From Narcine bancroftii (lineage: Eukaryota): a DNA stretch of 64,000 nucleotides. The position numbers and the translations under genes were made by a program. The notes below the pieces were generated by a model. That model did not search any database. It was not told the DNA's origin and saw nothing but the letters and a program-made list of their open reading frames with translations. Shown piece after piece: positions 37,881 through 51,384 of the stretch. The first letter of the stretch is position 1, and the number at the start of each line of letters is the position of its first letter. The stretch covers positions 11,904,001 through 11,968,000 of the forward strand of contig NC_091478.1 in NCBI RefSeq assembly GCF_036971445.1, given 5' to 3'.

Positions 37881-39300
37881 ATTGATTGTAGTGCAATACC
37901 TAAACTTGGCAGAACGGAAGTAAAGGGTAACCAATGTTTTAGGGCCTTTGTCAAGGTAAAAGCAAAAAAAAAGACAGGCATCTGAATAAAATGGTGAAGG
38001 AAGGGGCAGGGGAGAATTAAAGGCTAACAGCTAAGAAGATAAGGTGGGAGGGTAGAAGACAAAAAAAAAAGTTGAGGTGATAGGAGGAGGAGGAGGAGGA
38101 GGAGGTAGCTCTCCGACTGAAGAGCAAATGAAAGGAGGTGGGGAGCTAGAGGAAAGACTTGGTGAGGGGGGGGGGGGGCGAAGAGGTCTAATGAAAACTG
38201 GAAGTCAATGTTAATGCCATCTGGTTGGAGGGAACCCAGATGAAATATTAGGTGTTGTTCCTCCAATTTGTGGGTAGCATCTGTGTGGCAGTACATGAGG
38301 CCATGGATAGATGTCAGTGTGCAAATGGTGTGTCTAATTGAAATGGTTGGCCACTGGGAGGCCCCAGTTATTGCAGTGGACAGAGCAAGTGTGCTCAATG
38401 AAATGAGCACAAGGGGAGCACTGGATGCAGTAGGTGATCCCTACAGATCCACAAGTGAAGTGCAGCTTCACTTGGAAGGATTGTTTCGGCCTCAAATGGT
38501 GGCAAGGGAGGAAGTCTTGCGGTCACAGTAGCCTCTTTCAGGTGGCCAGAATACCCAACAGTAAAGCCGCCTATTCTACCCCAACGCGGCTGCTGGGTGG
38601 CCACCTGAAAGTGGAGAACCCAGCCAGGAGGAACACTTACTTAACCCTCCTCCTGTAGGTCTATTCTCCATTGCAGCTGAAAGCAGCAGTGGGACTACGG
38701 CCACAGTACATACTCCACAGGAACCGGCATTCGCTTGGACACGGCTCTCCTTCAGCCGGCACGTTCAAGTGACAGAAAGGCGTCTTCTCCACGGCCACCT
38801 GAACATCCCAGCTGGACGCCCCTAGCCGCATCTGCCGGCGCATTATCTGCGGCTGAGCACCTGAAAGCGGCTAGTGAAAGGTACCAAGGGGGAATTAGTG
38901 GGAAAGGATGAGTGGGCGAGGAAGTCCCAGAGGCTGCAGTCCCAGCAGAAACCAGAGAGGGGAAGGTGTGTCTGGTGGTGTGATCATGGCAGAAATTGTG
39001 GAGAATAATACGTTGGATGCAAGGCTAATGGAGTGGTAAGTGAGGGGAATCTGTCCTTGGTGCATCTTGGGGTGGGGGGGTATCAGCTCGACATGCAGGA
39101 AATAGAGGAAGTGAGGGCTGAGTTGATGTTGTAGAGAGGAAGCCATGTTTTCTGAAGATCACATACTGGGAGCAGATGAGACAGAAGCAGATGAATTGAG
39201 GAAAAGGATTAGAATCCTTTAAGGAGACAGGGTGTGAAGGGGAACAGTCATGGTACGTAGAAAATACCTGTAAAGCGTTTGCCTCTTGATAGATCAGAAC
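37881..39300 (-). mobile_element. Penelope-like retroelement remnant
   Basis: ORF 38024..38410 contains KLEEQHLIFHLGSLQPDGINIDF, typical of the Penelope GIY-YIG C-terminus. Split by a Harbinger-like MITE. Boundaries approximate. Confidence 0.65.
38530..38872. mobile_element. PIF/Harbinger-like MITE nested in the Penelope remnant
   Basis: TIRs AGCCTCTTTCAGGTG / CACCTGAAAGCGGCT (14 of 15 match). 3-bp TSD AGT on both sides. CpG-rich. Confidence 0.75.
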
Positions 39301-39429
39301 CTCCCTTACATCTCTTCACACCGTATCCCTTGTAAAGGTTCTCAATGAGGCATGCAAAGCATTGTATTGTGGCTGAGGATTTCTGTTGTCTCTGGGGCAT
39401 AAACGGGAAATGTTAACGAGAATTAAAGA

Positions 39430-39729
39430 TAGTGGTTTTCAAACTACACTTACATTCCACCTTAAGCAATCCCTATGCCATAGGCGCTCTGCGATTCGGA
39501 AGGGATTGCCTAAGGTGGCATGCGAGTGGAAAGAAAAAGGTTTGGAAACCTCTGTTTTAATTGTGCCTCGTTGACTCATTAGGCGCACGGTTTCAGAACT
39601 CCAAAGGAAATGGGCCATCAAGCAGTGGTTCTCAACCTTCCCTTCCCACCTTAAGCATAGGGATGACTTAAAGTGGAATGTGAGTTTGGTTTTGGGGGGG
39701 GGGGGGGGGGGGCAGCTTGACAACCACTG
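39430..39729. mobile_element. hAT composite element copy with internal deletion
   Basis: Same hairpin-core-hairpin order as 5161-5543, with a truncated core. No clear TSD. Confidence 0.75.
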
Positions 39730-39843
39730 CTTTAAATCATTTACTTCTACTGTTCCTTCCCTCGGGTACAAAACCTATCCAGCAACTGCATCCAAATTAA
39801 CTTCTGGAGCCTGGGCAGCAGCTGCTCAGTGGAGTCTGTCTGA

Positions 39844-39972
39844 NNNNNNNNNNNNNNNNNNNNNNNNNNNNNNNNNNNNNNNNNNNNNNNNNNNNNNNNN
39901 NNNNNNNNNNNNNNNNNNNNNNNNNNNNNNNNNNNNNNNNNNNNNNNNNNNNNNNNNNNNNNNNNNNNNNNN
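39844..39972. other. Assembly gap (N run) in intron 1 next to the CpG island
   Basis: 129 Ns. Confidence 1.
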
Positions 39973-40460
39973 CTGTGAAGATAACCACGTATATCAAGCC
40001 GTTCCGACACAAACCAAGTGACTCAAGAGGGCGGCGAGGGAGCTGACAGGGAGGGGGGTGGAGGCGAAGCCTGCTCCTCCTGTGTGGGACGTGACCCCCC
40101 GGCCTGGGGCCTGGGGCCTGGGCCCAGGGAGGGCCCGGCTGCCTCGACTCACCAGTCCGCTGCCCCTCTGTTCTGCCCGCTCAGCGTCCCCGTTAACGTC
40201 CTGGCGGACAGCTTGATGTTCACCGACAGCACCATCCTGGCTCCCCCTTCCCCCGCTCCCGAGGAGACCCGACCTCCTTCCCCCACCCCCCCTTCGGCCC
40301 CTTCACGCAGGCAGGTGCCGACTTCCGGGGCTGCCGTGGAAACCGGAAGCGAGTGGGCGGGCGGTCTCCTCGCCGGCCATCCCGGCACTGGCCGCCGGGC
40401 CACGGGGGGCGCTGTTTCCACCTTGGCCTGCTCCGCTTGCTGGATGCAGGAAGTGACCCC
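39973..40460. promoter_or_regulatory. CpG-island, TATA-less promoter of WDR11
   Basis: GC/CpG-rich block around exon 1 in an AT-rich background. ETS-type sites ACTTCCGG (40321-40328) and CCGGAAGC (40343-40350), GC box GGGCGG (40355-40360), CAGGAAGTG near 40447. Confidence 0.85.
40153..40235 (-). CDS. WDR11: WDR11 coding exon 1 (MVLSVNIKLSARTLTGTLSGQNRGAAD + TG)
   Basis: ATG in strong Kozak context (GCCAGGATGG). Peptide matches the WDR11 N-terminus as I recall it (VNFKVSARTLTG...AAVDW). Donor TG|GTGAGT. 83 nt. Confidence 0.93.
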
Positions 40461-43400
40461 TGCTGGAGAGTGCCTTTGGGAGACAGGGGTTGGCAATCCA
40501 TTGCATCAGATCTTGGTCCTTAATGTTTTTAAGTAAAAGCAACAAAAAAAAATGCAAATGCTGGAGATGTAAAATGAAAACACAAAATGCTGAAATAATC
40601 AGTTGGTGTGAGCCATTTGCACAGTTGTGCTCTCATCTACATTATGTCGATAAGTGACCTTCCGCCAGCCTCCACGTTCCACAGAACATCCTGCATAATT
40701 TGGGTCACCTTCAACGAGCTGTTGCATCCTTCTCCTTCCCCTGTCATCCTTCTATAGGGACTGTGCGTTCTGGGAGGGCCATCATCCACTCCCATTCTTA
40801 TACAGTAGAAGTCCAAAACTACGGATGCCAACATTTCAGAGTAGCTGAGAATCTGGGCTTTTTGGAAACTCTCAAACTTTTTAAATTTAGCGGGGTTTTT
40901 TTTTGTGGGTGGGTATTGACTTCATTTTTCTTTAAAACTGCTCGTTTTGATAAATGAACCATGCTGTATTTGCTAATGAATTAACCATCAAAATTTACCT
41001 GTTCACCTCTTCTTACTTCTGCTTAAATTTGAATTTTAAAAGTTCTGCCGGAGAATTGGAAAATCCATTCCCAGAGCAGGCCGGATTTTCAGACAGACTG
41101 AACATCTATCGCTGGCAACCTTCAAGAGATGCGACACCTACCCTCTTAACTCAAAGGCTCCACCATCGAGGGAGCCAAATGTTCTTTTCAGGGGAAGCAA
41201 CTTTTGACGCCCTGGATAAACAGGAGCCTATCAATCTCTGTCTTAAATACACCCAATGACCTGGCCTCCACAACTTCCACTTCCAATTTATTGCACTGCA
41301 AAAGCATCAAATGCCACTAGCGAAATATTCATTTTTGTCAACAAAAAAAAAATTAGGAAGAGGGAGGGGCAGAGTGCTTGAAAAGGTAGTGTCATCTATC
41401 AGTAAGTTTCCCTTGAGAAAGTAGTGCTCATTGATCAAGGGTGGACTGAATGAGGATTTCCTCTTCTCAAGAATATTAGTGGAAATTTACAACCATCTAG
41501 TCCCTGATGCAGGGTCTCAACTAGAAAGATCTACCACCTCTTTGCCTCCCCAGGTGCTGCCTGACCCATTAAATTCTTCCAGCAGTTCATGATTGAATCC
41601 ATTATTTTTGTGGTTATCATTACCGAGAAGGCAAATTTCAGACCATTTACTTAATTTAAAAGTCACAGCTGCCGCAGTGAGATGAGTTCAGTTTTTATTT
41701 CAGGCCTCCTACCCAATAGATGAGTCAATTATCCACAGCAAGGCCTCTGGATCAATAACCTGTGTTTTTTTTAAACTAAAATCCCAACCCTGAGAAAATT
41801 GTTTATTAAGGTTACCTGCAGCCTGATGGGCACAGCAAGGTAAAAATGCTCAACGAATTTAATTTTAAAAAAAATTTAGACATACAGCATGTTATCAGGC
41901 CCTTTCAGCCCACAAGCCAGTGCTGACCAATTACCCCAATTGACCAAGAATTTCTGGTATGTTTTGAATTTAAATCTTTGCTCCTGTACCTCCTGAATAT
42001 TGATATTCATATTTAAGGCCATGTGACATAGGAGCAGAAATAAGCCATTTAACCCATCGAGTCTGCCCCACCATTTAATCATGAGCTGATCCATTTCCCC
42101 ATTTAGTCCCACTGCCCCGCCTACTCCCCATAACCTTTGACGCCCTGGCTAAATAGGAGCCTATCAATCTCTGTCTTAAATACACCCAATGACCTGGCCT
42201 CCCTAAAGAAATCCCTCTGCATCTCTGTTCTCGGTGGCAAAGAAAGCGTATGGTATGCTTGCCTTCATTGGTCAGAGCACTGAGTTTAAGACTGAAGAAG
42301 TCATGTTACAGCTATATAAAATTTTTGTTAGGCTGTAATATGCGTATTGTTCGCTGACCCATTGCAGGAAGGATAAGGAAGCTCTAGAAATGATGCAGAA
42401 GACATTTCCAGTTGAGCGGATACTACTTCAAGTGCAGTCTAACAAAAATTTAATGCAAGACTTCTTCAGTCTTATACTCAGTGCTCCGACCAATGAGGGC
42501 AAGCATACCATATGCTTTCTTCGCCATCCAATCCACTGTGTGGCTACTTTCAAGTATCTGTGGATGTAAACCCCCAGATTCCTCTGTACATCAATGTTTT
42601 AAAGAGTCTTGCCATTATATGTATACTTTCCCCTTACATTTGAACTCCCAAAGTGCAACACCTCCTACTTGTCTGGATTAAACTCCATCTGCCATTTTTC
42701 TGCTGATATCTGTAACTGATTTATATCCTGTTACATTCTTTGATAGCCCTCTACACTATCCACAGTGCCACCAATCCTTGTGTGATCTGCACCCTTATTA
42801 ACGTATCTACTTCAATTTTCATTCAAGACATTTATGAGGTGGAAAGGCATGTCGCAATGAGGACATTATGATTCCTAATGGGCAAAAACAGAGGGGAAGG
42901 TATGAGAGATTATGAACTGCAGTAAAGACAAATTAAAAGGCAGGTTTTATCTCAATGGAGAACAATTGAAAATGAATGGCATTCAGATAGATCTTGTTGT
43001 CCAAGTGCATGAACCTCAACCATTTAGCAGGGAGGTCAAATAGGTAGCAAAAGAGATAATCGTTCATTGGGTTTTGTTGCAAAGGAATTGGAGTTTAAGA
43101 ATAGGGAGGTTTTGTTACTGTTGTACAGAGTGTTGGTGAGCCTACGCCTGGAATAGGATTTAGAGTTTTGATTCCCTTACAGCAGCCAGCATTGGAGATA
43201 GTCCAAAGGAGCTTCACAAGGCAAATGACTGGGATGAGTGTGTTCTCCTATTAAGAAGATGAAACAATTTCAATCTGTAATCCTTGGAGTTTAGAAGAAA
43301 AAAAGATCTAAAACCAAAAGGAGCTGGGCAGTCTAGGTTTGAGATGTTTTCACCAGATAGGGATTTAGCTGCAAAATAAGAGGCATCAAAATTTATTTTA

Positions 43401-45808
43401 GAAGAGAGAATCTCCAGAATTCGCTGCCCCCAAACAGCGGTGAGGCCAGATCATTGGAAATATTTAAGGTGGAAATAAATAAACATTTGAAAAATTTAAG
43501 AACGAAGGGTAAGCTATTCTAAAGGTAATGGTCGCCGCGGGATATTGGTATCTGTGTCTAAACAGTTTATTCATAATCAATACACAAGTAAACTCAATTT
43601 CCATGATTTTGTGCAATACCTTATTCATGTCCACCATTAATGAGATCTGAAAAGCATCAGCAATATAAAATATTGAGTATACAGGTCACCTTCACTAGTA
43701 CAAACACTGTACAATTTATGGTAATATGGCAGTCTGCATGCACTGCCAGAGTTAGAAAGTATTTACTGTTGGATCTGTATGAGATAATGTTTATCAAACC
43801 AATCTCACAGATCCAATCCACCTCCAAGTTTTTTAGATGGCTATTGTTTACACAGACCCACTTTGATAACATAATCATTCAATTGCCAGCTTTCACCCTG
43901 CAGTGAAATTGCAGTATTTTATTTGCATATCAGGTAAATGTTGTGAAATAATGCCAATTTATAGTCCACAATATTCGACATTGAATTTCATCAATATATA
44001 AAGATCCACACATTGTGAAGTATAAATTATGGCAACACACAAGTGAACAGTAAGGTTTGCAAAGAATTGCCTCCACTAATAAGAATTAGAACCTGCATAT
44101 CTGATTCACATTCCAAATTAACCAATGATCTCTGTACATTTTTTTTCTTAATGTAAAACAGGTGAATACTGCCTAATTTCTATTTTTTTCCTTATTCTGC
44201 CTGAAATACTTTTAAATTATTGTGTATGTTTTCATTTTGAATGCAATAATCTATACTGAAAGGCATTATGAAATTAAATTCTACCTGTAAGTGTGAGGTG
44301 TGCTCTATAATTTCACCCTGCCACACACAAACTTTGTTTCAATATGTGCTGATCTTGACTCAATCAAAATAGATTTGAGAAGACTTACTGCAATTTCTGG
44401 CTGAAAGCTAACTGTTTATATCAGAAATATTGATTCCAGTCCAGGGTGATTTGCCCAATTAAATGTTTACTAGTCATCAAGTTTACAACTCCTACCCTAA
44501 GTTGAATGAAGCATGAACTGGATTTCAGATTTTCAAATTTTATTAAACACAGATAGAAGTCTGTTGAGGACTGTGTCATAGACGTTTACACTCAACATTT
44601 CATACACTTGAAGCTGCAGATGTTGGCTGAATATAAACAACAGCTTGATTCATGTTGAACAGCACTTCACATTGACACCTCTCCCTAATGATTACTCAAA
44701 TCAAGCGAGAAACCTAATCCTGCTCTATCAATGGGAGAGAAGAATTGATGGGCCTAATTCTGTTTCTGCACTTTATGGTTTCTCCAATGTAATGGAGGCG
44801 ATGCTTTGAGTACCAAATGAAGTACACTAGATTGGAAGAAATGCAAGTGAATCATTGCTTCACCTGGAATGATTGTTTGGGTCCCTGGATGGTCAGAAGG
44901 GATGAGGAGAATGGGCAGGTGTTCCATCTCCTCTGCTGCGTGGAAAAGTGCCACAGGGGATGCAAAGAAGAAGAAAAGATATGACTGCCATGGGATCATA
45001 TTGGAACAAGACCAGTGATATAGCAATTCACTTGCATTTCTTCCAAATGAGTTAGCTTATTGGTCGCTTCTTTTAAGACTATGTCATTAAATCCATTAGT
45101 GGCTTTGATGTGTTAGCCCACAACTCCAACAATTTACTCAGAACCACTTTACTGATGACTTGAGTTTTTCCACGATTTCTTTCTTCCGATTTGCATTTCA
45201 CAGCTGTTTATATAGCATAACCCTTCTCAAACCCAAAGTTTACAATAGGTAATGCAAATGAGGTCACGCAGAAAAAAGATCTAGCAGAGAACTGGAGTTG
45301 TTGTAACTCCAGCTCTATTTAAATGCATTTATTAACACATTTAGAGCTCAGCATCCAATACAATAAATTGTAAATAGAAATTGAATATAATTCTTAATTG
45401 CTTGTTCTCTATTCAATTTGATCATCCGTTGTTAGAAAGTTCACCTTGTAAATTCTGCATGAGTATTCTCCACATGCCATACAATGTGTTTTACATACCT
45501 AATTCACAATGAATATGCTTGTGAAATGTACATAATATTGGCAAGTAATTGCTATCTCATTTTCTGTTGAAAATGCAGTTCAACAGTTGTATATTCCACT
45601 AAAATTCAATTACCAGGTACAGGAATTATTCATAGAAAACTGCCTTCAAATTAACATGACTACAATATACAATAAGAACTAATTGCATTGTTGAATGAGC
45701 TGCAGGCCACACCAGGGATGCTAAACTTTGAGAACAAATATCATTAACAATACTCTTTGTGGTAAACTGTTGTTTACTCATTTATCCCCCTTGCTGTGAC
45801 TACCATTG

Positions 45809-46030
45809 TGTTATATAGTCAGGATAAAGTGAACTATTTTGTAACCACGTAAGAATGCACCCTTCTCTCTGTAGTAGCTGTAATGCACCACTGTGGGGCT
45901 ATATATAAGTGTGTGTAAACAGTTTCCTGAGATGGTGGAAGGCATCAGTAAGTAAAGTCTCTTCTGTTATTTGAATCTTACATCTCTAAGTTATTTAAGA
46001 AGCCTCCCAAGTAACTCAAGAGACATAACA
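45809..46030 (+). mobile_element. Probable solo LTR, possibly nested in another LTR (45795-46189)
   Basis: TGTTAT...ATAACA termini with internal TATATAA and AGTAAA. The outer sequence has TGTGA...TCACA termini, TATAAA and AATAAA. No clean TSD. Confidence 0.42.
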
Positions 46031-47060
46031 CTGTGGCTCCATCCACTTGACCTTGTATAAAGGATTCAATCCCGTAACCCCTCCCACAAATGCCTGGGTC
46101 ACAGAATGGGATACACTTCAAGTTTTTTTGTTAATAAAAGCCTGATGTTCTGTAACTCCAGTCTTTTGAGTTATTGAAAGCACTTCACACTGTTTTTTTT
46201 TTAAATCTAGTATGTATTTCAAAGCCAGTATGCACTTATATTTCTTCCAGTCATCCTCAGGTTGATTCCAGAGATGAAAGTGTTAGCCAGTGGGGAGAGA
46301 CTGAGTTGCCTTGGACTGTACTTGCTGGAATTCAGCAGAATGAGAGGGGATCTTATAGAAATGTATAAAATTATGAAAGCAATAGACAAGATAAAAGCTT
46401 CAAAGTAAGACTAGAGCAAGGGGACAGAGCCTCAAGATTCGAGGGAGTAGGTTAAGATCAGAAATGAGAAGGAACTGCTTTTCCCAGAGAGTGATGAAGC
46501 TTGGCTGATTAAAGCAGTGGAGATCACAAAATTGAATATATTTAAAACTCAGAGAGATTTTTTTTCAGAGTAGGGGAATTAAGGCTGATAGGGGGAAAGG
46601 CTGGTAAGTGGAGCCAAATCCATGGCCAAAGCAGCCATGGCATGCAAGCTCAAAGGGCCAAATGGCCTACTCCTGCTCCTATTCCTTATGATTCTTTTGC
46701 ACCTTCTAAAGGCGAATTGTATTTTGGCTGGAGCAGGAAGATTAATTTAAGAAGGAGAGAGTAAGGGGGGGGGGGGAGAGAGGGGGAGGGAGAGAGGGAG
46801 AAAGTAAAACAAGAGAACAATTGTAGATCAATTAACTGGTAAAATGCCTAAATTAATTATTAAGAAAGTGGCAGCAGGACACTTGGGAAATAATGGAGTG
46901 AGCTGGGTCAACATTGATCCATGATAAAGAAAGCATCATTGACAAATTTGTTAGTGTTTTATTTAGTTTGTATCTAGCATAATAGATAAGGGCAAACCAG
47001 TTGATGAGACATTATTGGACTCTCAGAAGGCACTCAATAATATACAGCACAGGAGATGAT

Positions 47061-47396
47061 TATGGTAATACACCACTGGCCTACTGCAGGGGGCAACCTC
47101 TGTTCCTGCAGGAGTGTACCGACGGCCTACTGCAGGGGGCAACCTCTACCTGCAGGAGAGTAAGGGGGACAGGACAACGCCTAGCTGGCTATCAATCAGT
47201 TGACTTGATTGGATCCAGCCCCACCCGGTCGGGTGTCAATCACTCTCCGGGATATAAGCCTGCACCGGCCTCCGTAGTCTCTCTCAGAGTTACTGCAGCT
47301 ACAACCAGCCTGGCTCTCTGGAAGTCTTTGTGGATTAAAGCCTGTTGTACAGTCTTTACCTTGTGTGCGTCTGATTCTGTCTAACAGCGCATCACA
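47061..47396 (+). mobile_element. Solo LTR (Gypsy/BEL-like) inserted in a CR1 fragment
   Basis: 5-bp TSD ATGAT (47056-47060 and 47397-47401). TATGG (from TGTGG)...TCACA ends. ATTGG at 47208, GATATAAG at 47251, ATTAAA at 47334. Confidence 0.8.
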
Positions 47397-49679
47397 ATGA
47401 TGAAACAAAATTAAACAGTATTGAGTTAAAACACTACTGTGGAATGATGTTTTGATTAATGAATGGAAAACAAATAAATGGCTCTTTTTTAGGTTGCAGG
47501 ATGTTGACTCTTGAGATTGCTCTGGGATTGGAACTGAGCCCTCAGTAGTTCACAGTCTAAATGTGATTATTACGAGGGATAAATTGAATTATATGCAAAA
47601 TTAGATTCATTCATAGAGAGATGAATCCAATGGAAAAAGGCTTTTCACCAACCAAGTCCAAATTGACCACCAATTATCCACTTGCTTTCGTCTTTCATTA
47701 ATCCCATATTTTATTTTCCTCACATTCACATCATCCCTCCCTTTGGTACTATCCCCACAACAGGGACAAATGACTGGATCAAATTAACTTTCCAATCTCA
47801 CATCTTTACGATGTGGGGAACCGGAGTGCCCAGAAGAAACCCACACCGTCACTAAGAAAATGTATAAACTTTACACGAGATTAGATTTGAGGGTGAACCT
47901 CTGGCACTGCGAACCTCCAGCTCTACTAGCTATGTAAATGTGCTGATTGCGGGAGATGCATAACTCTGGAAAAATGGATAGTGAGGAGGTTTGGGTGAGG
48001 TGTCAAGATATAGATAGATTAAAATGAATGGGCAAGGACAAAAAGCAAATTTTTCAAGAGATAAAAATAGTGATGAAATGCTAAGAAATTGGAAGGAGGG
48101 TTCCTCCCTGCCAGGGAAGGCATATCCGACTGCTCTTAATTATAAACAGGGATTACTCGGAATGGTTAGCAACAAACTGATGGCACCAGTGTCAAAAACA
48201 GTGGGGCAACTTGATTGATGTCACGATCTGGCCATCCTCCCAACATTTCATAGGAATTATTGTGTAGGTATGCTTTCATTTTCTAATATAGCTTCTGACA
48301 CAGCTTACACCCAGAATATTGACTCATGAAGACACCTTTGGGAGCTGAGGCAGTGTTTGTAGAATGCATAAGACAAGCCATACAGAAGTGAATCTTGTGC
48401 TTTTTTAAAAATTTACAATTTTTGTAACATTACCAAGTTTAATTAAAAGTGCTTTATTTGTCTTTGACCCTTGCATGATCACATAACATCGACTGAAACT
48501 AAAAGGTAATTCAGCATGCCTAGCTTCCACCCCCATGGAGTTATTGGCTTTATGTCAGTGGTGATTAACTGACACTGTATGCAAGCAGACTGAGGAATGC
48601 AGTTGGCAAGTGGAAAAAATATAGAAACTGATTACCTTTTGTTGGTAAACTTGAGGCACATTGCATTGTCCTGCAAGAGAACAGGATGGAGGGGGTGAAA
48701 TAAATCAGAGACAATTTTTTTTAAAAAAAACATTGAAAGTACTAAACTCAATATCATTTCACTTGTGTACCAGACGGGAAATAGTGAATCCTTTTGATGG
48801 GGAAATCATGTATGCCAAAGTGTTTGATGGACTATCAAGTCAAGACATAAATAAATGTACTTGAGAGTAAGTCCAGAAAAGTTTCAGTTAGGAAAACAGT
48901 CCAAAAGGATGGCTTATCAAAGAAGGACTATCAGAGGTAAAACAGATGGCAATTTGGATGATTAGATAGCAAACCATAAAAAGATTGAACCTGTGAAGAA
49001 TCTTAACTTGATTCACATGAAATTAGACAGGAAAGGGACCTAGCAAAGAGCTGTGAAAATCAATGTTGATCATTTACTTTTTACTGGAAAGATCCAGATC
49101 GATTCTATTTACATTGAATTGCATTCTCGTTTCACAAGGTATTTGAGAGTAAAGAGCCTACTCAAGGAATTACATACAAATTACATATTTATGTTACAGA
49201 CTTTAAAGTAGAAAAGACATTCCGATGCACTTGAATGAAAAGGTAAAATGGCAGTATATTTTTAGGTTGCATGCAACTTCAGCAGGGCACAAGTGGGCAC
49301 TAAACCAGAAAATAACAGCTAAACTGAACTTAATTTTCTATTCTAATTTGTATAATACAAAATCCAAACAACACAGAAAAGAATCATTAATATCTAAACA
49401 TTTTAAGAAATAGCTTGCATATCACGTCATTTGATACAATCCTAAACCAAATTTGGTCAGCCATATTTTCTTCAGTAATATGTCATGGAATTTTTAAGTA
49501 GGTAACTATTTGAATCATCGATGGCCAGAAAGCTCATCATTCTCCTCATCTACTTAAAATTGTTCAAGAGATTACATTTAAGGTACAAGGTTTAAAATTA
49601 ACTTTAAAAAGTGCAGAAAAAGTTTGAAATACTTCATTTCAGTATTTCTCAAAACTCTAATATGTCCAAAACATATGAA

Positions 49680-49980
49680 TTAATGAATCATCTGTATTGT
49701 TGCATTTATCACATAAAAATGAGATAGTTTGACTCTGGATATGTGAGCCCTATGGACTACTTTAAATTGTAGGAGAGAGTGGTGGGCACATAAAGAAGAG
49801 ATATTAAGCAATTTGAAAATTACACTCCAAGTTTCTTCAGAAATTAAAAGCTGTAGGTCCATGTTCCTAGGCTTTAAAAAAAAAATTATCTGAGGGTCAA
49901 AATCTCTTATTCCCAACAACATATCATAAATGTTAGATATTGAACCATTATAGAAAGGTTATAAATTAATTAATTTTAAA
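49680..49980 (-). mobile_element. L1/Tx1-clade LINE ORF2 remnant
   Basis: ORF 49680..49922 (ISEETWSVIF...SSLCAHHSLLQFKVVHRAHISRVKL) resembles the C-terminal region of fish L1 ORF2. Confidence 0.65.
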
Positions 49981-50365
49981 CCTAATTCCTTAACTGCTTT
50001 ATTTAGTATTGTTAGTTATAACATAACTAATGGCATCGGATTTACATGTATTAGCTTTGATTTCTCTTATGGCTAGGTGGGCAGTGTTACTCAGATAGAA
50101 GGACATTACCCCACCTAATCATGCCCAATGGCTGCGTGACATCGTCATGTTTGCATTTAGAGAAGATTAGATGTTCAATTTCCAATTTGAATTCAAATTT
50201 TCATACAGTGTGGGGACCATTTTTGAATTACTTTCTTAATTTTTGATTTGATATGAAGGGGAAATGTGTTGACTAATAAGGCAATTTAATCTCTCTGATA
50301 AGAATTCTGTCTTTTGTTTTCTGGCCAAACAGCTTCTTTCTTGGTAGTGGGTTTAGATTCTCTTT

Positions 50366-50575
50366 TTTGAAGACCGCAGAGCCCACCTCACTGACAAAAG
50401 GCAAAGGAGGAAAAACCCAACACCCAACCCCAACCAACCATTTTTCCCCTGCAGCCGCTGCAACCGTGTCTGCCTGTCCCGCATCGGACTTGTCAGCTAC
50501 AAACGAGCCTGCAGCTGACGTGGACTTTTACCCCCTCCATAAATCTTCGTCCGGGAAGCCAAGCCAAAGAAAGAA
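50366..50575 (+). mobile_element. Short 3' copy of the same young RTE family as 32832-33752
   Basis: Near-identical to the reverse complement of ~32833-33042. Ends in CCAAGCCAAAGAAAGAA. Confidence 0.9.
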
Positions 50576-51216
50576 TATAAGCAATTAATTTGATTGAAAA
50601 TGTGGGGTACCTTGGATGAACTGTTGTGATTTAAGTGTAATGTATCTTTCTGACTTTTAACATATATCCGTATGTTCTCTATAATTTGTGATGCCAATAA
50701 AAATATTGAAAAAGAAGAAATTACATTTGAAAATAGATTAAAAAATCAAAACACAGGAGCCCAGATTTTCTTGGAAAAAGTGATTTTTCCCACTCTTCCA
50801 CTCTATAGAGTGCTAATTGACAGGCATCAACATCATTACTGCTTTATTTGCCACACTATATTTAGAAAGTGCGAAGGTTCTTTTGCCAGCAGTCCAGTTG
50901 ATTAGCTCAAACATTTTTGCACCATTTACAGAAGAGGAGAACAATTCACAGAGTATGAAATTACACTGGGGGGGAAAAAAAATCCCAATTAATATCAAGC
51001 AAGGGCAGCAGGAGAGCAGTCATGTGGGGTTCATTCAGGAGCCTGATGGGTGCAAGAAGAAAGTTTAAGCTGTTGGTGCATGCTTTCATGCTCTTGATCC
51101 TTCTCTCTAATGGTAGGAGGGAGAAGAGATTCTGTCCAGGCTGCGATGGGTCCTTCAGTATGCTGGGTATCTTTCACAGGAAAAGGGAGATGAAGATGGA
51201 TTCCTCTGAGGGGAGG

Positions 51217-51384
51217 TGTGGTGAATCTCTGCCAAGCTACCAGTCTCCTCTCTGGCGAGCCTTGCTGTACTAACATCGGCTGTGCATTATCTCTACTATT
51301 ATTGTACCATGAGTTTCTGCTAATAAAAGCCATGATTATTGTTTGACCACATCGTCTTTGTCTACTTCATCAACTGGCACTTCA
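51217..51384 (+). mobile_element. Short solo LTR inserted in a Rex1/L2-like LINE fragment
   Basis: TG...CA ends, exact 5-bp TSD GGAGG (51212-51216 and 51385-51389), AATAAA at 51322. Confidence 0.72.

Noticed and set aside
3341-40152. Intronic snoRNA or miRNA genes in WDR11
   Set aside because: I found no convincing box C/D or H/ACA pair or pre-miRNA hairpin by eye. The strong hairpins are MITEs. An Infernal/Rfam scan would be needed to exclude them.
40149-40496. N-terminally extended WDR11 (115-aa ORF)
   Set aside because: The ORF starts at a non-ATG codon in GC-rich, stop-poor promoter DNA. The first in-frame ATG (40235) has a strong Kozak context and matches the known N-terminus.
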